Assembly: GCA_047495785.1 (NCBI GenBank)
Contig: JBLDXI010000011.1
Coordinates: 1,240,001 to 1,304,000, forward strand
Source: Lepidodermella squamata
Lineage: Eukaryota; Animalia; Gastrotricha
DNA length: 64,000 nt
Direction of reading: 5' to 3'
Part shown: one piece after another, positions 13,943 through 25,580 of the stretch
Position numbering within the stretch: position 1 is the first letter of the stretch
How the letters are laid out: every line of letters begins with the position of its first letter
Notes under the pieces: model-generated
The model's database searches: none
What the model was told of the DNA's origin: nothing
Seen by the model: the letters and a program-made list of their open reading frames with translations, nothing else
Program-made: the position numbers and the translations under genes

Positions 13943-15260
13943 TCAATTGATCTCCTCGAACAATTTGTATTGCCAAGATGGGCCGCGGATCCTATCAAAC
14001 GTGTGTACAATTTGACAATACAGACATTGCCTGTCAGCAGTATCGTTCTCCACCTTGCCAAGCTTCAAAGGATGATAAATGTAGTTGGACGGATTGTAAG
14101 TATCGTTCACCGGCCATTGGCGTTCTTGACCATTTATGGAGCCGGCATAACTTATAAACTGAAGCCTTGATTCGGATCTTGATAAGCCCTTGATGATGGT
14201 GCCAACTGCCAGCTCCATGTACACTTTATGTTTGGCGAACAGCGTAAAAATTTGAAGAGCCTCGGGCACGTCTTCAGCGGAGATGAAGAATAAATCCGCG
14301 TAAATGTTCCATATCCTTCTGTAACCTAAAATAGATGCAAAAGAAGTGAGATTTATGACGAAAATATTGGGAATAATCCAAGTTCCCCATTCACCCATCG
14401 CCCTAGTAATTCGAATTGCATTCACCTGAACTTGCGTCCGCTAAGTTTTTTGCAAACTTGGGATACAAGGTTTCAGCCGCCGTGCAAGCTTCACGGGCAT
14501 TTTCTTGGTACAAAGTCAATACGTCCCATTCCGCAGGTTCTGTGCAATCGGCGGCATTGTCCCATAACTTTCCTCTGCAGGTCATTTTCCGATCCACGTC
14601 AATGATGGATTGCGGCGGGCCCATGAGCCAATTTTTGCGGACGTCAAACGTTTTCCGCGTGAACTGCCACAGGCTGGGTATTAGGTCTTCGGAAACGTGT
14701 AAAAATCCGTCGGTTTCCTTGTTATCCACAATTCTTCGAACGTCTTCGATGTAGTTGTAAGCTTTAGGCACGCATGAGTAGAATACCGCTCCGGTTGGAT
14801 GAGTTGGTTCTTCGGTTAATTCGATAAGCGAAACATTGACAAAAGGTAGCCATTTGCCGTTGTCGTAATCTTTCAGCCTTTGCAAGCCAGTAATGCAAAG
14901 CACGACGCGTTGAAAAATTCCCTCGTAAAGCCGGAACATTTTTGGAATAGCACCGAAATGCGGATTGTTGAACGAGATGATCAGAACAATTTTCTTGAAG
15001 TTGACAAGATCTTCCACGCTTTTCGAGTTGAAAATCTTCAAGTTGCGAGTGGTGAAAAACTTGAGACAAGCATCACCCTTGGCTTGTTTGTAGTAGGAAT
15101 CGTTGTTGCAATCAGCAATTGCGTGTTTCTGCATGATTCTTTGAGGCTCATGCTTCAGGTTCGATACTAACGGCTTCCAATAGATTGATAATAACAGGCT
15201 GGCCGATACAAGGACGATCTGACAAAGGTATCTTATTGCATTACCGCCAAATAGGTTCAT
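13943..15260 (-). CDS. STELLO/DUF288-like protein 2; exons 15260-14426 and 14325-13943 (405 aa)
   Basis: Close paralog of 2592-6430 with a 100-bp phase-1 intron (gtgaat...ttttag) at the same position. Confidence 0.85.
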
Positions 15261-15843
15261 GTTGATATAAGCATGTTACGCCATAGCTCTCCGGCTTAAT
15301 CACATACACGATTCATCGGACAGAAATTATTATAAAATTCATATTCCAAACTGGATGGTAGAAAAAACTCAATCATCCGAATAGCGTTTGTATCCCGAGG
15401 ATTGTTAAGATTTGGAAGGATTGGTCACGATTTCCACGTTTCGCTTCGTTCATACTTAGGAATGGCTGGTCGCACATATACCTAACCCTTCAAGGCCGGG
15501 AACTAGAATACATACTCAAACTGCGGCTATTCACCTGGGTATCACATACTTCCAGATTTACACCAAAAAAAGGTTTAGCAAACGTTTAGACGGCCACTAC
15601 GGCTACGCAACACAGGACACAGGAATTTGAGCCATTTAACGCGACGGGTACACGCAAGACCCGCTCAATTTGATGACGAATGACAATTGCCCGAAAAATG
15701 TTGCCGTTTTCGCTTGTTTTACGATAAAAAATGGCAATATCAAAAAAGAAAGGACTGCGTAATACGTCAGTTCGTTGGTATAAGGTCTGATGAATGATGA
15801 GACCATTGATGAGACCATGATGAGAGCCGGTGGTTGCTCATCA

Positions 15844-16003
15844 TTCTCAAGATTCAAGACGAGCATACTCAAGTTGTATAGACTAAGTAGTTGTCGACCT
15901 CAGCGGGCCAAGTATTTAGAAATTTAGGGTTAGGGTTAGGGTTAAGGTTAGGCTTGGGGTTAGGGTTATGGATTATGGTTTATCGAGTAACTAATCTTGA
16001 GAA
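15844..16003. repeat. Mini-element with 11-bp inverted ends and a degenerate (TTAGGG)n core
   Basis: TTCTCAAGATT ... AATCTTGAGAA bracket about 7 TTAGGG-like units at 15924-15966. Confidence 0.55.
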
Positions 16004-16341
16004 AGATAGATAAACTCCCTCATCCCACGCTACATGCACTGCCGCTCTTCGCACTCTCTCATGTCCCATTCTTGATCGGTAAATGTAGCTCCGTTTAATC
16101 AATAATATCTTTACGGATACTCAACGCATGATAATCTCTGCCTTGAAAGTCAACTTTGCGTCTTAGATTATAATCTTAAAATATAACAACATTGAAAGAT
16201 ACTTATGTGGACCAGGTTTCTTAATACTTGCCAGATGACTTTTTGAGTGAGACGCAAAGTGGCAGGCAGGATTGTCGACTTCAGGGATTGGTAAGTTCGT
16301 GCTAAAGGTGAAGTACACACCATTCAAATCCCAATCTTCAA

Positions 16342-17571
16342 ATGCTCTTATCAAGGCTGCTTTACATTTCCGGTCAAATCTTACTAGCAACTATCAGCTG
16401 TTTGAATTCACTCGCGCGATGGGCGCGGATTCACACCGGTGCCATGAGCCTGCCATTCTCTGATGAGTTTGTTTTTTCAAACAACTCAACTGCCCCGGTG
16501 TTAACAAGCGTTTTTGTCACGTTACATGGCACGACATTTGTGTTAAATGTCGTTCTATCACTGCCCAAACTCGAAAATTGGGAGATGTCCTTTGATAATT
16601 ATCAATTTTGGTCGTCTCAAGTTAAATGGAGCGCCGCCATAGAAACTTACCGCCTAGCCCTTCGCAAATTCACCCGTGGGCGATTTGACCACAACACACA
16701 TTTAGACACGATTGTTCTACGATGTATCATCTCGCGGCAATTAGCTGTTACATTCGCTCAACGCATCCCATTTGAAATAAAAGCTTTAATGGCTGATGAG
16801 AATTTAGCAACTTTCAGCGGAAAATGTTCTCACGTTTACCAACCAGAGAACGTGGAATATTCGTTGGCTAGCTGCTCAGTGGCTACGGGAAATCACACAG
16901 TTGTCAGCATCGCTGAATGGATTGAATTTCACAAATTAGTAAATATCAGTCATTTTCTGATCTATATTCCAAGGGAAATTTTTTCGATGATGAGTGATTC
17001 ACTGGAAAAATTTGTTCGCGAGAAGGTTTTAACGCTAGTTGCATGGAACTTTGATGGTCGATACTTCTTCGCTGAAAGTGCTGAAAACGATTGTTTGCAT
17101 CGATTAAAATTTAGAGCCGATTACATATCGTTCCAATCAATAAATCGGTATTTGGATACTTTTGGCAAAGATTTGATAGGCATGGCACGAAAATATGAAG
17201 CTACGATTATTGTTGTTTATCCGTGGCGCTTTTCGAGCCTTAATTCATCTGCTGAGCCACAATCGGCGGAATTGAGCCGTGTGGTAGAATCGAAGTGGCG
17301 TGAGCAGCACCCGGTTTTCGGTTATCCCATGGCTGAAGTCATCGCAAAATCTTCGAAAGTTAACTACGCGACTGATTTGGAGTTGAAAGACGGATTTGGC
17401 ATTGATCCTTATAACGATTTACGAGCTGTTTCGTTCGAGCAGCTGCAGTTGGGCGGCTTTAATACGGCTGCGCTATATGACGACTCGCTTGCAATTCGTG
17501 TTGGGGCGCTGATTTCCGAAAGACTGAAGCCATTTCGTGTCGCAAACGACTCAACATTTCGGCTTGAATAG
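16342..17571 (+). CDS. GT92 (DUF23)-like protein a, intronless, DxD motif absent
   Basis: Motifs LASCSV, IAEWIEFHKLVNISHFLIY, VLTLVAW and NDCLHR. The expected DxDE position reads FQSINRYL. Hydrophobic N-terminus. Confidence 0.75.
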   Translation: MLLSRLLYISGQILLATISCLNSLARWARIHTGAMSLPFSDEFVFSNNSTAPVLTSVFVTLHGTTFVLNVVLSLPKLENWEMSFDNYQFWSSQVKWSAAIETYRLALRKFTRGRFDHNTHLDTIVLRCIISRQLAVTFAQRIPFEIKALMADENLATFSGKCSHVYQPENVEYSLASCSVATGNHTVVSIAEWIEFHKLVNISHFLIYIPREIFSMMSDSLEKFVREKVLTLVAWNFDGRYFFAESAENDCLHRLKFRADYISFQSINRYLDTFGKDLIGMARKYEATIIVVYPWRFSSLNSSAEPQSAELSRVVESKWREQHPVFGYPMAEVIAKSSKVNYATDLELKDGFGIDPYNDLRAVSFEQLQLGGFNTAALYDDSLAIRVGALISERLKPFRVANDSTFRLE

Positions 17572-17702
17572 CGCTGCCACTTCTTGCCGATGCACTCTCA
17601 TTCATAGAACGGATTTTTTATATAATATTTCTTACTTTGAAAATAAAGCAATATTCACTATAAATGTTTCAACCTAGAAAAAATGCAGTTTTTAAGCTTG
17701 TC

Positions 17703-17952
17703 CAGTGTGCGACTTTCAGGGGGGGGGATGCGGGGGATCATCCCCCCAAGCTCGGCCGGACCAGACAACAAAATGAGAATTTATCCCACTGTTTTGTTAA
17801 TTTTGGAAGGTTCTGGGGCGTGTTTTAGTGGGAAATCTCCAAAAAAATTTCGCTTCGCTCGGTTATTAGCCGAAATGACTCGGCATTTTGGCAAAAACAG
17901 CAAAAAACAATTTCTCATCCCCGGGAGCTCGGGGATCGAAGATCGCACCCTG
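17703..17952. mobile_element. hAT-type MITE (250 bp), complete
   Basis: TIR CAGTGTGCGA / TCGCACCCTG and perfect 8-bp TSD AGCTTGTC (17695-17702 and 17953-17960). Related copies at about 5245 and 40141. Confidence 0.9.
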
Positions 17953-18273
17953 AGCTTGTCTTATCGGCCGAATCTGAAATCGGTGATGTTTATTCCTAAC
18001 TTTTGAACTGATGATTCGGTAAGGTTCTGTTTAATTAGCACGGCTACATTTCAGTGTAGAAGATGGAAATTTTGCCGAAAGGGGGATATATAGGTAAGGG
18101 CCAACCCTTATATCGCTCAAAAGTTTCCGCAGGGGCCAGGGAAAAAAATAAGGGTCCCCCTGTGGTCCTGCTTCGAGCTTGGAACGCGAAATATCTGGTA
18201 ATTTGGTTCAGGGAAACATGCTATTTTATTCATACGAAATAAATTGTTCAGTTATTGTAACAAAACATCAGCT

Positions 18274-19518
18274 CTATGTCTGAGATGCTATTGATACTGT
18301 CTGATTTGTCGTATCACGGAATATCTCAAGTCTCTCCAAAATCAGCGCCCCGACACGAACCGCAATTGAGTCATCAAAAACTGCAACCTTATTGAAACCA
18401 CCCAACTGCAGCCGCTCAAATATAACAGCTCGTAAATCGTTATAAGTATCAGTACCAAATCCGTCCTTCAACTCCAAATCGGTCGCATAGTTTACTTCCG
18501 AAGATAGAGCGATAACTTCAGCTATAGAATAACCGAAAACCGGATGCTGCTCTCGCCACTTCGATTCAATGACATGGCTCAACTTCGCCGTTGGTGGCTC
18601 AGCGGATGAGTTGAGGCTCGAAAAGCGCCACGGATAAACAACAGCTATCTTTGCCTTGTATTTTCGCAACATTCCAAGCAAATCTTTGCCAAAAGTATCC
18701 AAATAGCGATTTATTGATTGGAATGATATGTATTCGGCTCGGAACTTTAACCGATACAAACAATCGTTTGCAGCACTTTGAGCGAAGAAGTATCGATTCA
18801 TTCCATCAGAATTCCATGCAATCAGCGTTAAAATCTTCTCACGAACATATTTCGCTAATGAATTGTTCATCATGGAAAACTTCTCCCTGGGAACGTAGAT
18901 CAGAAAGTGACTGATATTAACTAATTTGTGAAATTCAATCCATTCGGCGATGTCGACAATTCTGTGGTCTCCCAAAGCGACTGAGCAGCTAGCTATTGAA
19001 TATTTCACGTTCTCTGGTTCGTAAACCTGAGAACATCTCCCGTTGTAGCTCGTCAAAACATTGTCTGCCGTTAAAGCTGTTATTTCAAACGGGCTACGTT
19101 TAGCGAATGTTGCAGTTAATCGAGGTGAGATGATGCATTGCAGAACAATTGTATCCAAATGCGTGTTGTAGTCAAATCGGCCATGGTTGACTTTGCGAAT
19201 GGCTAGGCGTTCTTTTTCGACGGCGACACTCCATTTAACCTGGAACGCCCAGAATTGATAGTTATCAAAGGACAACTCCCAATTTTCGAGTTTGGGCAGC
19301 GATAGAACGGCATTTAACATGTACCTCGCGCCATATGATGTGACAAAAAGGCTTGCTAATACCGGGGCGGTTGAATTGTTAGAAAAAATGAACTCATCAG
19401 TGAATGGCTGGCCTGTGGTTGCAGTGTTATGGCGCGCCCATAGCCTGAGGAAATTTGACGCACTCATGGTAGCTATTAAGATTTGACTTGAAATGCTTAG
19501 TAACTTTATTGGGAACAT
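18274..19518 (-). CDS. GT92 (DUF23)-like protein b, inverted paralog of 16342-17571, DxD absent
   Basis: Colinear with protein a over its full length and shares FQSINRYL. Upstream non-coding sequence 19540-19620 also resembles 16240-16320. Confidence 0.75.
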   Translation of the reverse strand: MFPIKLLSISSQILIATMSASNFLRLWARHNTATTGQPFTDEFIFSNNSTAPVLASLFVTSYGARYMLNAVLSLPKLENWELSFDNYQFWAFQVKWSVAVEKERLAIRKVNHGRFDYNTHLDTIVLQCIISPRLTATFAKRSPFEITALTADNVLTSYNGRCSQVYEPENVKYSIASCSVALGDHRIVDIAEWIEFHKLVNISHFLIYVPREKFSMMNNSLAKYVREKILTLIAWNSDGMNRYFFAQSAANDCLYRLKFRAEYISFQSINRYLDTFGKDLLGMLRKYKAKIAVVYPWRFSSLNSSAEPPTAKLSHVIESKWREQHPVFGYSIAEVIALSSEVNYATDLELKDGFGTDTYNDLRAVIFERLQLGGFNKVAVFDDSIAVRVGALILERLEIFRDTTNQTVSIASQT

Positions 19519-20751
19519 GTTAAGCTTGGGACTCAGTGTCTTAATGTGTAGTCATCTCTAACACGAAGTGACTAATCCCTGACGTTGCCAATCCCACCTG
19601 CCAATGACAGGTCTCTACATGAGCGCCTTAGACTAGCATTAAAGAACCTCCATCCACAAAGTTCAAGTATGAATGAGGTCAAGAAATTCACAAGTGATTT
19701 ATAACAGGAAAATACCATGTAATGTGCCTTGTAGCAATATGCTCGATTCCGGGGCTATATTAGTTCAGTCCGGCCCTGATCAAGATTTTGAAACCCACCT
19801 GTCTCTATCTATCATCGTTAAGACTGTGCGGTGAGTGGTCACCCTATCCATGAGATGTACCATAGGACGCTGCGGCTTGCAGAGAATCAGAAAAAGCGTG
19901 ATATTTTTAATGAGGTCAAAAGTCCAACTCGACCAATAAATCATCTCATTACATTTTTTGCAATCATCTTAAGCCTCTTTTTTTGCTTAAGATCAACGAG
20001 ATCAACACATCTTTACCCAGCGTCACGCCGATCTTTTGCTGTATGAAAGAAGTTTCAGCAGTTTTTAATTATTTACATTTAAAAAAAATTAAAATTTCAA
20101 TTATTAAAAAATTATAAATTTCGAAATTACTGGACTAAAAATTAAATCAAATGCACAATGCACGGAATAATTATGCACAGCGGTTGGCAACCGAGGGGTC
20201 ATGTAATGGGAGCTTCGAAGCCGCGCGGCGTCCTATAGTACGTCTCATGACCCTATCGGCCCAGCTGATTTCAGGCGATTTTTTGAGCAGCCTGATTTCT
20301 ACATCAGATGTTTTCAAAAGTCAGTATTCAGATCAGAATTCAGGTTTCCGCGCGACAGTTTACGAGTATACAAGAATCACGCACAACGCCTGTATAAGTC
20401 GAAGCCGATAGTTGATCCTTATCTTATGCCTGAATGAAATACGAGGCATATCTAAAAGCTAAAAGGGCATTAAAATATACCCAAATTGGTGATAAAGCGC
20501 ATCAAAGAAAGATCTCTGGGGTAGTTTTTTACCCCTGGGACCCGCTGTCCAATTGCCCGTCCCTAATACCCGGAAAAAAATCGAATAATTAGAAGATTTG
20601 TTGGTGCTTTATTCGTGGCATTAAAGTAAATAAAGTTAAGTCAAAAGCATGAGTTCATTAACAATTAACAATTTCGTTGAATTAAGGATTGGTTTCACTT
20701 GTTTCAAAAATCATCACTACATCCAGGCGACGCATTCAATTGCACAGCAAC

Positions 20752-22309
20752 ATGCAGCATATTAATCAACGATGGTTGCTAACTTGCAGTCTATCAACCG
20801 CGTTCATGCTGTGGTTGTTAAATCTCAGTCCAGCTAAATTTCTCACGCTGTTTGACCTTTTCGACGTTGAAGAGCCGGTTTTCCAGGAACCTTTGCCACC
20901 GATAAGTTCACAGACAGCCGTCGCTGATAACGCAACGTGCTTCCATATCATAACGCGGCATGCCAGTTTCAAACCGTGTAAAGTGGGGGCAGAAGCCCTC
21001 GGACAATTCCCGCGTGAAAATCCGCGATCGTTCAGCGCCGAAGCTGCGGCAAATGCGGACGACCAGACCGCCATAGCAGAGAACATCAAGTCGATATACA
21101 TAGCGAGAATGAAGCAAAAAGTTAGCTCAAACTGCCGGCACAAGTTGGTGGTATACTCGTGCACTACCTTGGGTTGTCGAGGGTGGGGCGATCGTCTTCG
21201 AGGAATTATCACTGCGTTCTACACGGCCCTGCTAACCGACTCGTTGTTCTTGATCGACGCGACGCATCCAGTGGATTTAGGCAGATTTTTCGCTATCAAC
21301 TCGGAGCTTTACAATTTCGGCACTGATTCAGCACTGATTCCCTGCTTGCTGCGCTATAGCAGCCTGCATACATACCAGTCGATGGATATCGACGAGCCGG
21401 TTCGTTATGCTATGGTTGAATGGTTTAATTCGTTTATACGAAATGATAATTGGAATGGCGTTAGAGTGCAGACGAATACCATGGTAGCGGTTGAACAGGG
21501 CTTGAAGACGGATTTGTTTACAAGCCTTGCCGATGTCTACGGATTGCGATCTTACTCCTATCTACAACTTGTTTCCGCCGCGCTTCGAATCCTTTTTGAT
21601 AGAAGGAAACCGCGCTTGGAAACTATGGTGGAAAACACAATGCGCAGAGTGTCCGCATCCTCTCATTCCGCTTCAAATGCAAATATAGGTAAGTTTCGAA
21701 ACCAAGCATAAACCTAAAATTCAGTGAAAGTTTCATGATGACGGCCGACTCTTCAAGTAGTTCATATCATTGTGTGGGGAGGGGTTGTAGACTTTCAACC
21801 TGTTCGAGGCCTCCTTATATCAGCTAAATCTGTTTCATATAGGCATCCATATTCGAGTCGAACGGGTCAGCGTTAAAATGATGAACTGCTTCGCTCGTGA
21901 AGTAGGAAAAACCATAAAAAAGTACAATTTAGTTCGGCCTGGCATTTACATCTCAAGCGACAATGCGAATGCTACATCCCGCCTGAAACGACTGCTATGG
22001 CGCGATTATCGTATCAATGCACTCGAGCCCGAGGACAGTGAAGTTTGGCACATAGACTTCATGGATAGCGGAGGCCAATCGACTGTACCGACCGAAACTC
22101 TATGGGAAAAGACTGCGGCGACCTACCACGACTGGCTGGTTTTAACTCGCATGGACTATTTGATTATCAGCCGGAGTGGCTTTTCAGAATTCGCGTCGTA
22201 CTACTCACGCCGGCCAACGCGGCGCTTTCTGCACAAGCAGCATCATAAGTGCGCCTTTGAAGATTACGATTCCCTGTCAGATCTTTTATTCGACATCAAA
22301 AACACGTAA
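20752..22309 (+). CDS. Fucosyltransferase-like protein A (GT11/GT23/GT37 superfamily); exons 20752-21688 and 21843-22309 (467 aa)
   Basis: N-terminal TM. Motifs GWGDRLRG, spliced IG|IHIR (motif I), IYISSD (motif II) and DWLVL..MDYLIISRSGFS (motif III). Donor G|gtaagt and acceptor atag| join in phase 1. Confidence 0.8.
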
Positions 22310-22846
22310 ACTAGAAATGTGAGCAAGGGTAGCAAAATTTGACTGAAAATGATATCGATTCCCGAAAATAAAAAGTATTGGGTCACGAAGGTTCATTTCT
22401 GATTATTTTACGTCCCTGAATAACTCAGAAACGTTTAAGAGATAGATAACTTAGGATGTAGCCCTTTAGCGATAGCAATGAAGCAAAAAAACCCAAATTG
22501 AACAACAGCCCCTGCATACTCATACACAAATTATGACTCATCACTCTGCAAAAAATACAGCGATGATTCATATATATTAGCTCTTGTTCACACGAAGAAA
22601 CGTAAACTCACTTTTCTTGAACGCTGAAATAAGCCTCGGAATCAGCTCGACGAGGAGAAGGCGTTAGGCTATTAAAATGTGAAAAATGATTATTTTCGAT
22701 TTTTAACGTCAATTCGAAAATTTTCACACACTTGGCGGCGTTTCCAAGAAACAGATTTCCAGAAAGCGAATATCCACTGCGCAGTGGTGATTCATACTCA
22801 ATTGTTCATATTCAAAATCGACTGGTTGGGGCAATGAAATATATAA

Positions 22847-23059
22847 CCCAGACCGGCACGAGCAATTTTGGCTCATTCGAACAACTCCGAACAATTCGAT
22901 TTGACCCCTTTGTTCGCCTGTTTTTGAGCATTTTCCGGCCGAACAACTCCGAACAAATCCCAAAATAGGCGAACAGGTTAAAAAACAGGCGAACAAAGGG
23001 GTCAAATCGAATTGTTCGGAGTTGTTCGAATGAGCCAAAATTGCTCGTGCCGGTCTGGG
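22847..23059. mobile_element. CMC/CACTA-like palindromic MITE
   Basis: Perfect inverted arms of about 79 bp beginning CCCAG (22847-22925 and 22981-23059), with AA on both flanks as a possible 2-bp TSD. Confidence 0.8.
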
Positions 23060-23494
23060 AAGCTGCAAGCAACTTGGGAGCATTCTGGTGAAACGAAACT
23101 TCGATTCGAGTTATCAGTTGCACCTCATCAGTGACACCGGACACGCACTGTTTTAGACTCCCGCGGAAGTTTCTGCGAGTCACCTTACATCTTGTTAGCG
23201 TTAGCGACATTAGCGTTAGGATTGGGTTTATTAGGATTGGTGAATTGGCCCTTCGCACAAGTATTGCATGATTCACAGTATACAAACCGGCTTCTCCGTC
23301 TTTCATTTCGATCAAATGCAGTTGCCGAGGTAGAGTCCCAGTTAATTATTGCTTTAATCACTTTCAAACACGTTACTTCCCTTGTTGCGAAGCTAGTCCC
23401 GTGGAATTATCATCTGGTAGATTTACTAAGCCTACTTTTTCGAGGCTTCTTGGTAGTAATCTTGCTTGCTGTCATCCTATTGGTCTAGAATTAA

Positions 23495-23895
23495 CAGTAC
23501 TGCCCGAAATTTTGGGCCTGTCATTTATTTTATTTCAAAACAAGTCGAAACCTCGTCTTATATTTGAGACCGCCCTTTATTTGAGGCCTGACCTTTATTA
23601 TTTCGAACCCTTCTAGACTCATCACATGTCGCTATACAGCGCTTCCAGTCCCTATGAATTGGCCTCTAAATAGATCGGCATATGATCGGGTTTTACTCGA
23701 GGAGAAGGCGATGATGATCATGACGTAGTAGAATTCGAATTCCTTTGAACTATTCCGAACTTTATCAATATATCATAAAATGATGATACACGCGTGGGCG
23801 ACCTGACCATTATTTGAGGCCTGACCTTTATTATTTCGAATGGCCCTTGGACCCCGTCTTTTATTTGAGGCCGACTTACTTTTCGGGCAGTACGG
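23495..23895. mobile_element. Probable Tc1/pogo-like MITE
   Basis: Ends CAGTACTGCCCGAAA / TTTCGGGCAGTACGG, with internal repeats TTATTTGAGGCCTGACCTTTATTATTTCGAA. Confidence 0.6.
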
Positions 23896-24161
23896 TAATT
23901 TAATCTTTTCGCGCGATTAACCCATATATTCATTTGATAGATAATTGCTCAAACTCCATCTTGCTATAATATATATATTAACCGGTACGTCGTTCGAAAG
24001 TTGCCCTTTGACATCAGCAGATCACATTAAAAACTTCAAATTTTGCCGCCTGAGCTCGCAGGAATGTAAAACCCCTGATAAAAGAGATTGGAGGTTTCAT
24101 GCTCGACACTGCGGCTGCGTTACACCTGAGTTCTTAGCCACCCAATCACTTCTGACATTAA

Positions 24162-25580
24162 TTGATTTTGGGCGCATACCTCCGGTTACATTTGATCACA
24201 TTTGTTAGATACCCTGTCTTATTTTCGATTGTGGGAATGCTTATTCTCAGAATAATTCTGCAGGTGTCAATTGCGATCGCTTACTCAAGTCGACTTCGCG
24301 GTATACCCTCCTACAACAAAAACTCGCCTTCACCCGAACTCATTGAGGCCCTGTCCAAGTGCGAAAAATTAGGCGAATTGTATGACAAACAGAATCTAAC
24401 TCGAAGTGCCGAGTGCGAATGCCGTCGTAACGCGCTTCTTTACGCCAATTTTAAAGCTTCACATGAGCCTGTTATCAGCGGCTTGTTTTTGAAGCAAACT
24501 GGAAGCCGGCGTGACATCTACGTCAGCATATCACTAAGATCATACTCATACCACAACGCGTCTTACCAATTGCAAAACAGCAAAGACTATTCATGGAGGA
24601 TAAAAATGCCCGGAGTTTACTTCATTCGCTGCTACCCAGTTTCGAAACGCGCAGATGTTGTCCTTCACTTTGATGCTATAATGCTTAGATGCCGCGTGCC
24701 AGACGCGACGCAAATTCCTGATAGACCATTTGAAATTTCAATCATGCGCGGTTTAGCGAAATGGCACAACAGCTACACGGACTTTCGAAGGCATGGATGC
24801 TTGGTTTGCGACGATGCTATCATCCCTAAACAGCTATTTAACATGTCAATTTGCGCATTTGTTGCTAAATACCACATGAGCCGACTTCCGGAGTGGATTG
24901 AATACCACTTGCTGGTCGGTTTCGATCATGTCTTGCTTCACGTTAATGACGCGGATTTTTTGGATTACTTCGAATTTTTAGCGTATTACCTGGAGAAGGG
25001 TGTTCTAACCCTTGTTCCGTTCTTCTTCAACAAGGAATTTCCGAATTTTTATTTTCAAACCGCTCACATTGAGAATTGCCTGAACCGTTTCAAAGGACGA
25101 GCGACTTGGTTAGGCTCGTTGGACGTTGATGAATTTTTCGAATTCTACGAGGGCGACTTTAACGCCAAACTCGAGACTTACTACAAAGCTGATCCGCACT
25201 TGGGCGGTGTTGCGTTTTGGACGATGTACCATCAGCAATCGGTACAAGAATCGGAGTCTCACGTTGGCCGTTACGCCGTAGCTCATGCTATCCGTGATTT
25301 CACGCACATTGACAAGATTCCGACGTTAGGTGGGCGTGAGAAGGTAGTGCTACGTTTGGACAATGTTCGAACCGGCGATGTGCATAACGTGCTTGAAGGT
25401 GGGGTCGTCCAATACGCCAATCCGTACACCGAGGGCCGATTGGCCCACTTTAAACCTTCATACGTTAACGGAGGGCCGAGTGCAGTCCCAGAAGCGACGA
25501 TTAGAGCGAGATACGTGAGCGTCATAGAAGAAAGATTAACATTATTTGAGCAATACTTGCGAAATAAGACAGTGAGCTGA
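24162..25580 (+). CDS. GT92 (DUF23) glycosyltransferase c with intact DxD; true start uncertain (ATG at 24237 or an upstream exon)
   Basis: Motifs MSICA, LPEWIEYHLLVGFDHVLLH, GVLTLVP, QTAHIENCL and WLGSLDVDEFF, plus a late H (LAHF). Hydrophobic N-terminus. Confidence 0.85.
   Translation: MILGAYLRLHLITFVRYPVLFSIVGMLILRIILQVSIAIAYSSRLRGIPSYNKNSPSPELIEALSKCEKLGELYDKQNLTRSAECECRRNALLYANFKASHEPVISGLFLKQTGSRRDIYVSISLRSYSYHNASYQLQNSKDYSWRIKMPGVYFIRCYPVSKRADVVLHFDAIMLRCRVPDATQIPDRPFEISIMRGLAKWHNSYTDFRRHGCLVCDDAIIPKQLFNMSICAFVAKYHMSRLPEWIEYHLLVGFDHVLLHVNDADFLDYFEFLAYYLEKGVLTLVPFFFNKEFPNFYFQTAHIENCLNRFKGRATWLGSLDVDEFFEFYEGDFNAKLETYYKADPHLGGVAFWTMYHQQSVQESESHVGRYAVAHAIRDFTHIDKIPTLGGREKVVLRLDNVRTGDVHNVLEGGVVQYANPYTEGRLAHFKPSYVNGGPSAVPEATIRARYVSVIEERLTLFEQYLRNKTVS

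Noticed and set aside
22847-23059. Repeated TCGAACAACTCCGAACAA units and several overlapping ORFs, suggesting CRISPR or a gene
   Set aside because: It is a single palindromic MITE. There is no repeat-spacer periodicity, no cas genes, and the context is eukaryotic.
23192-23488. Hydrophobic ORF MLALATLALGLGLLGL...
   Set aside because: The apparent signal peptide is a translation of degenerate TTAGGG/TTAGCG repeats, and it has no ATG start.
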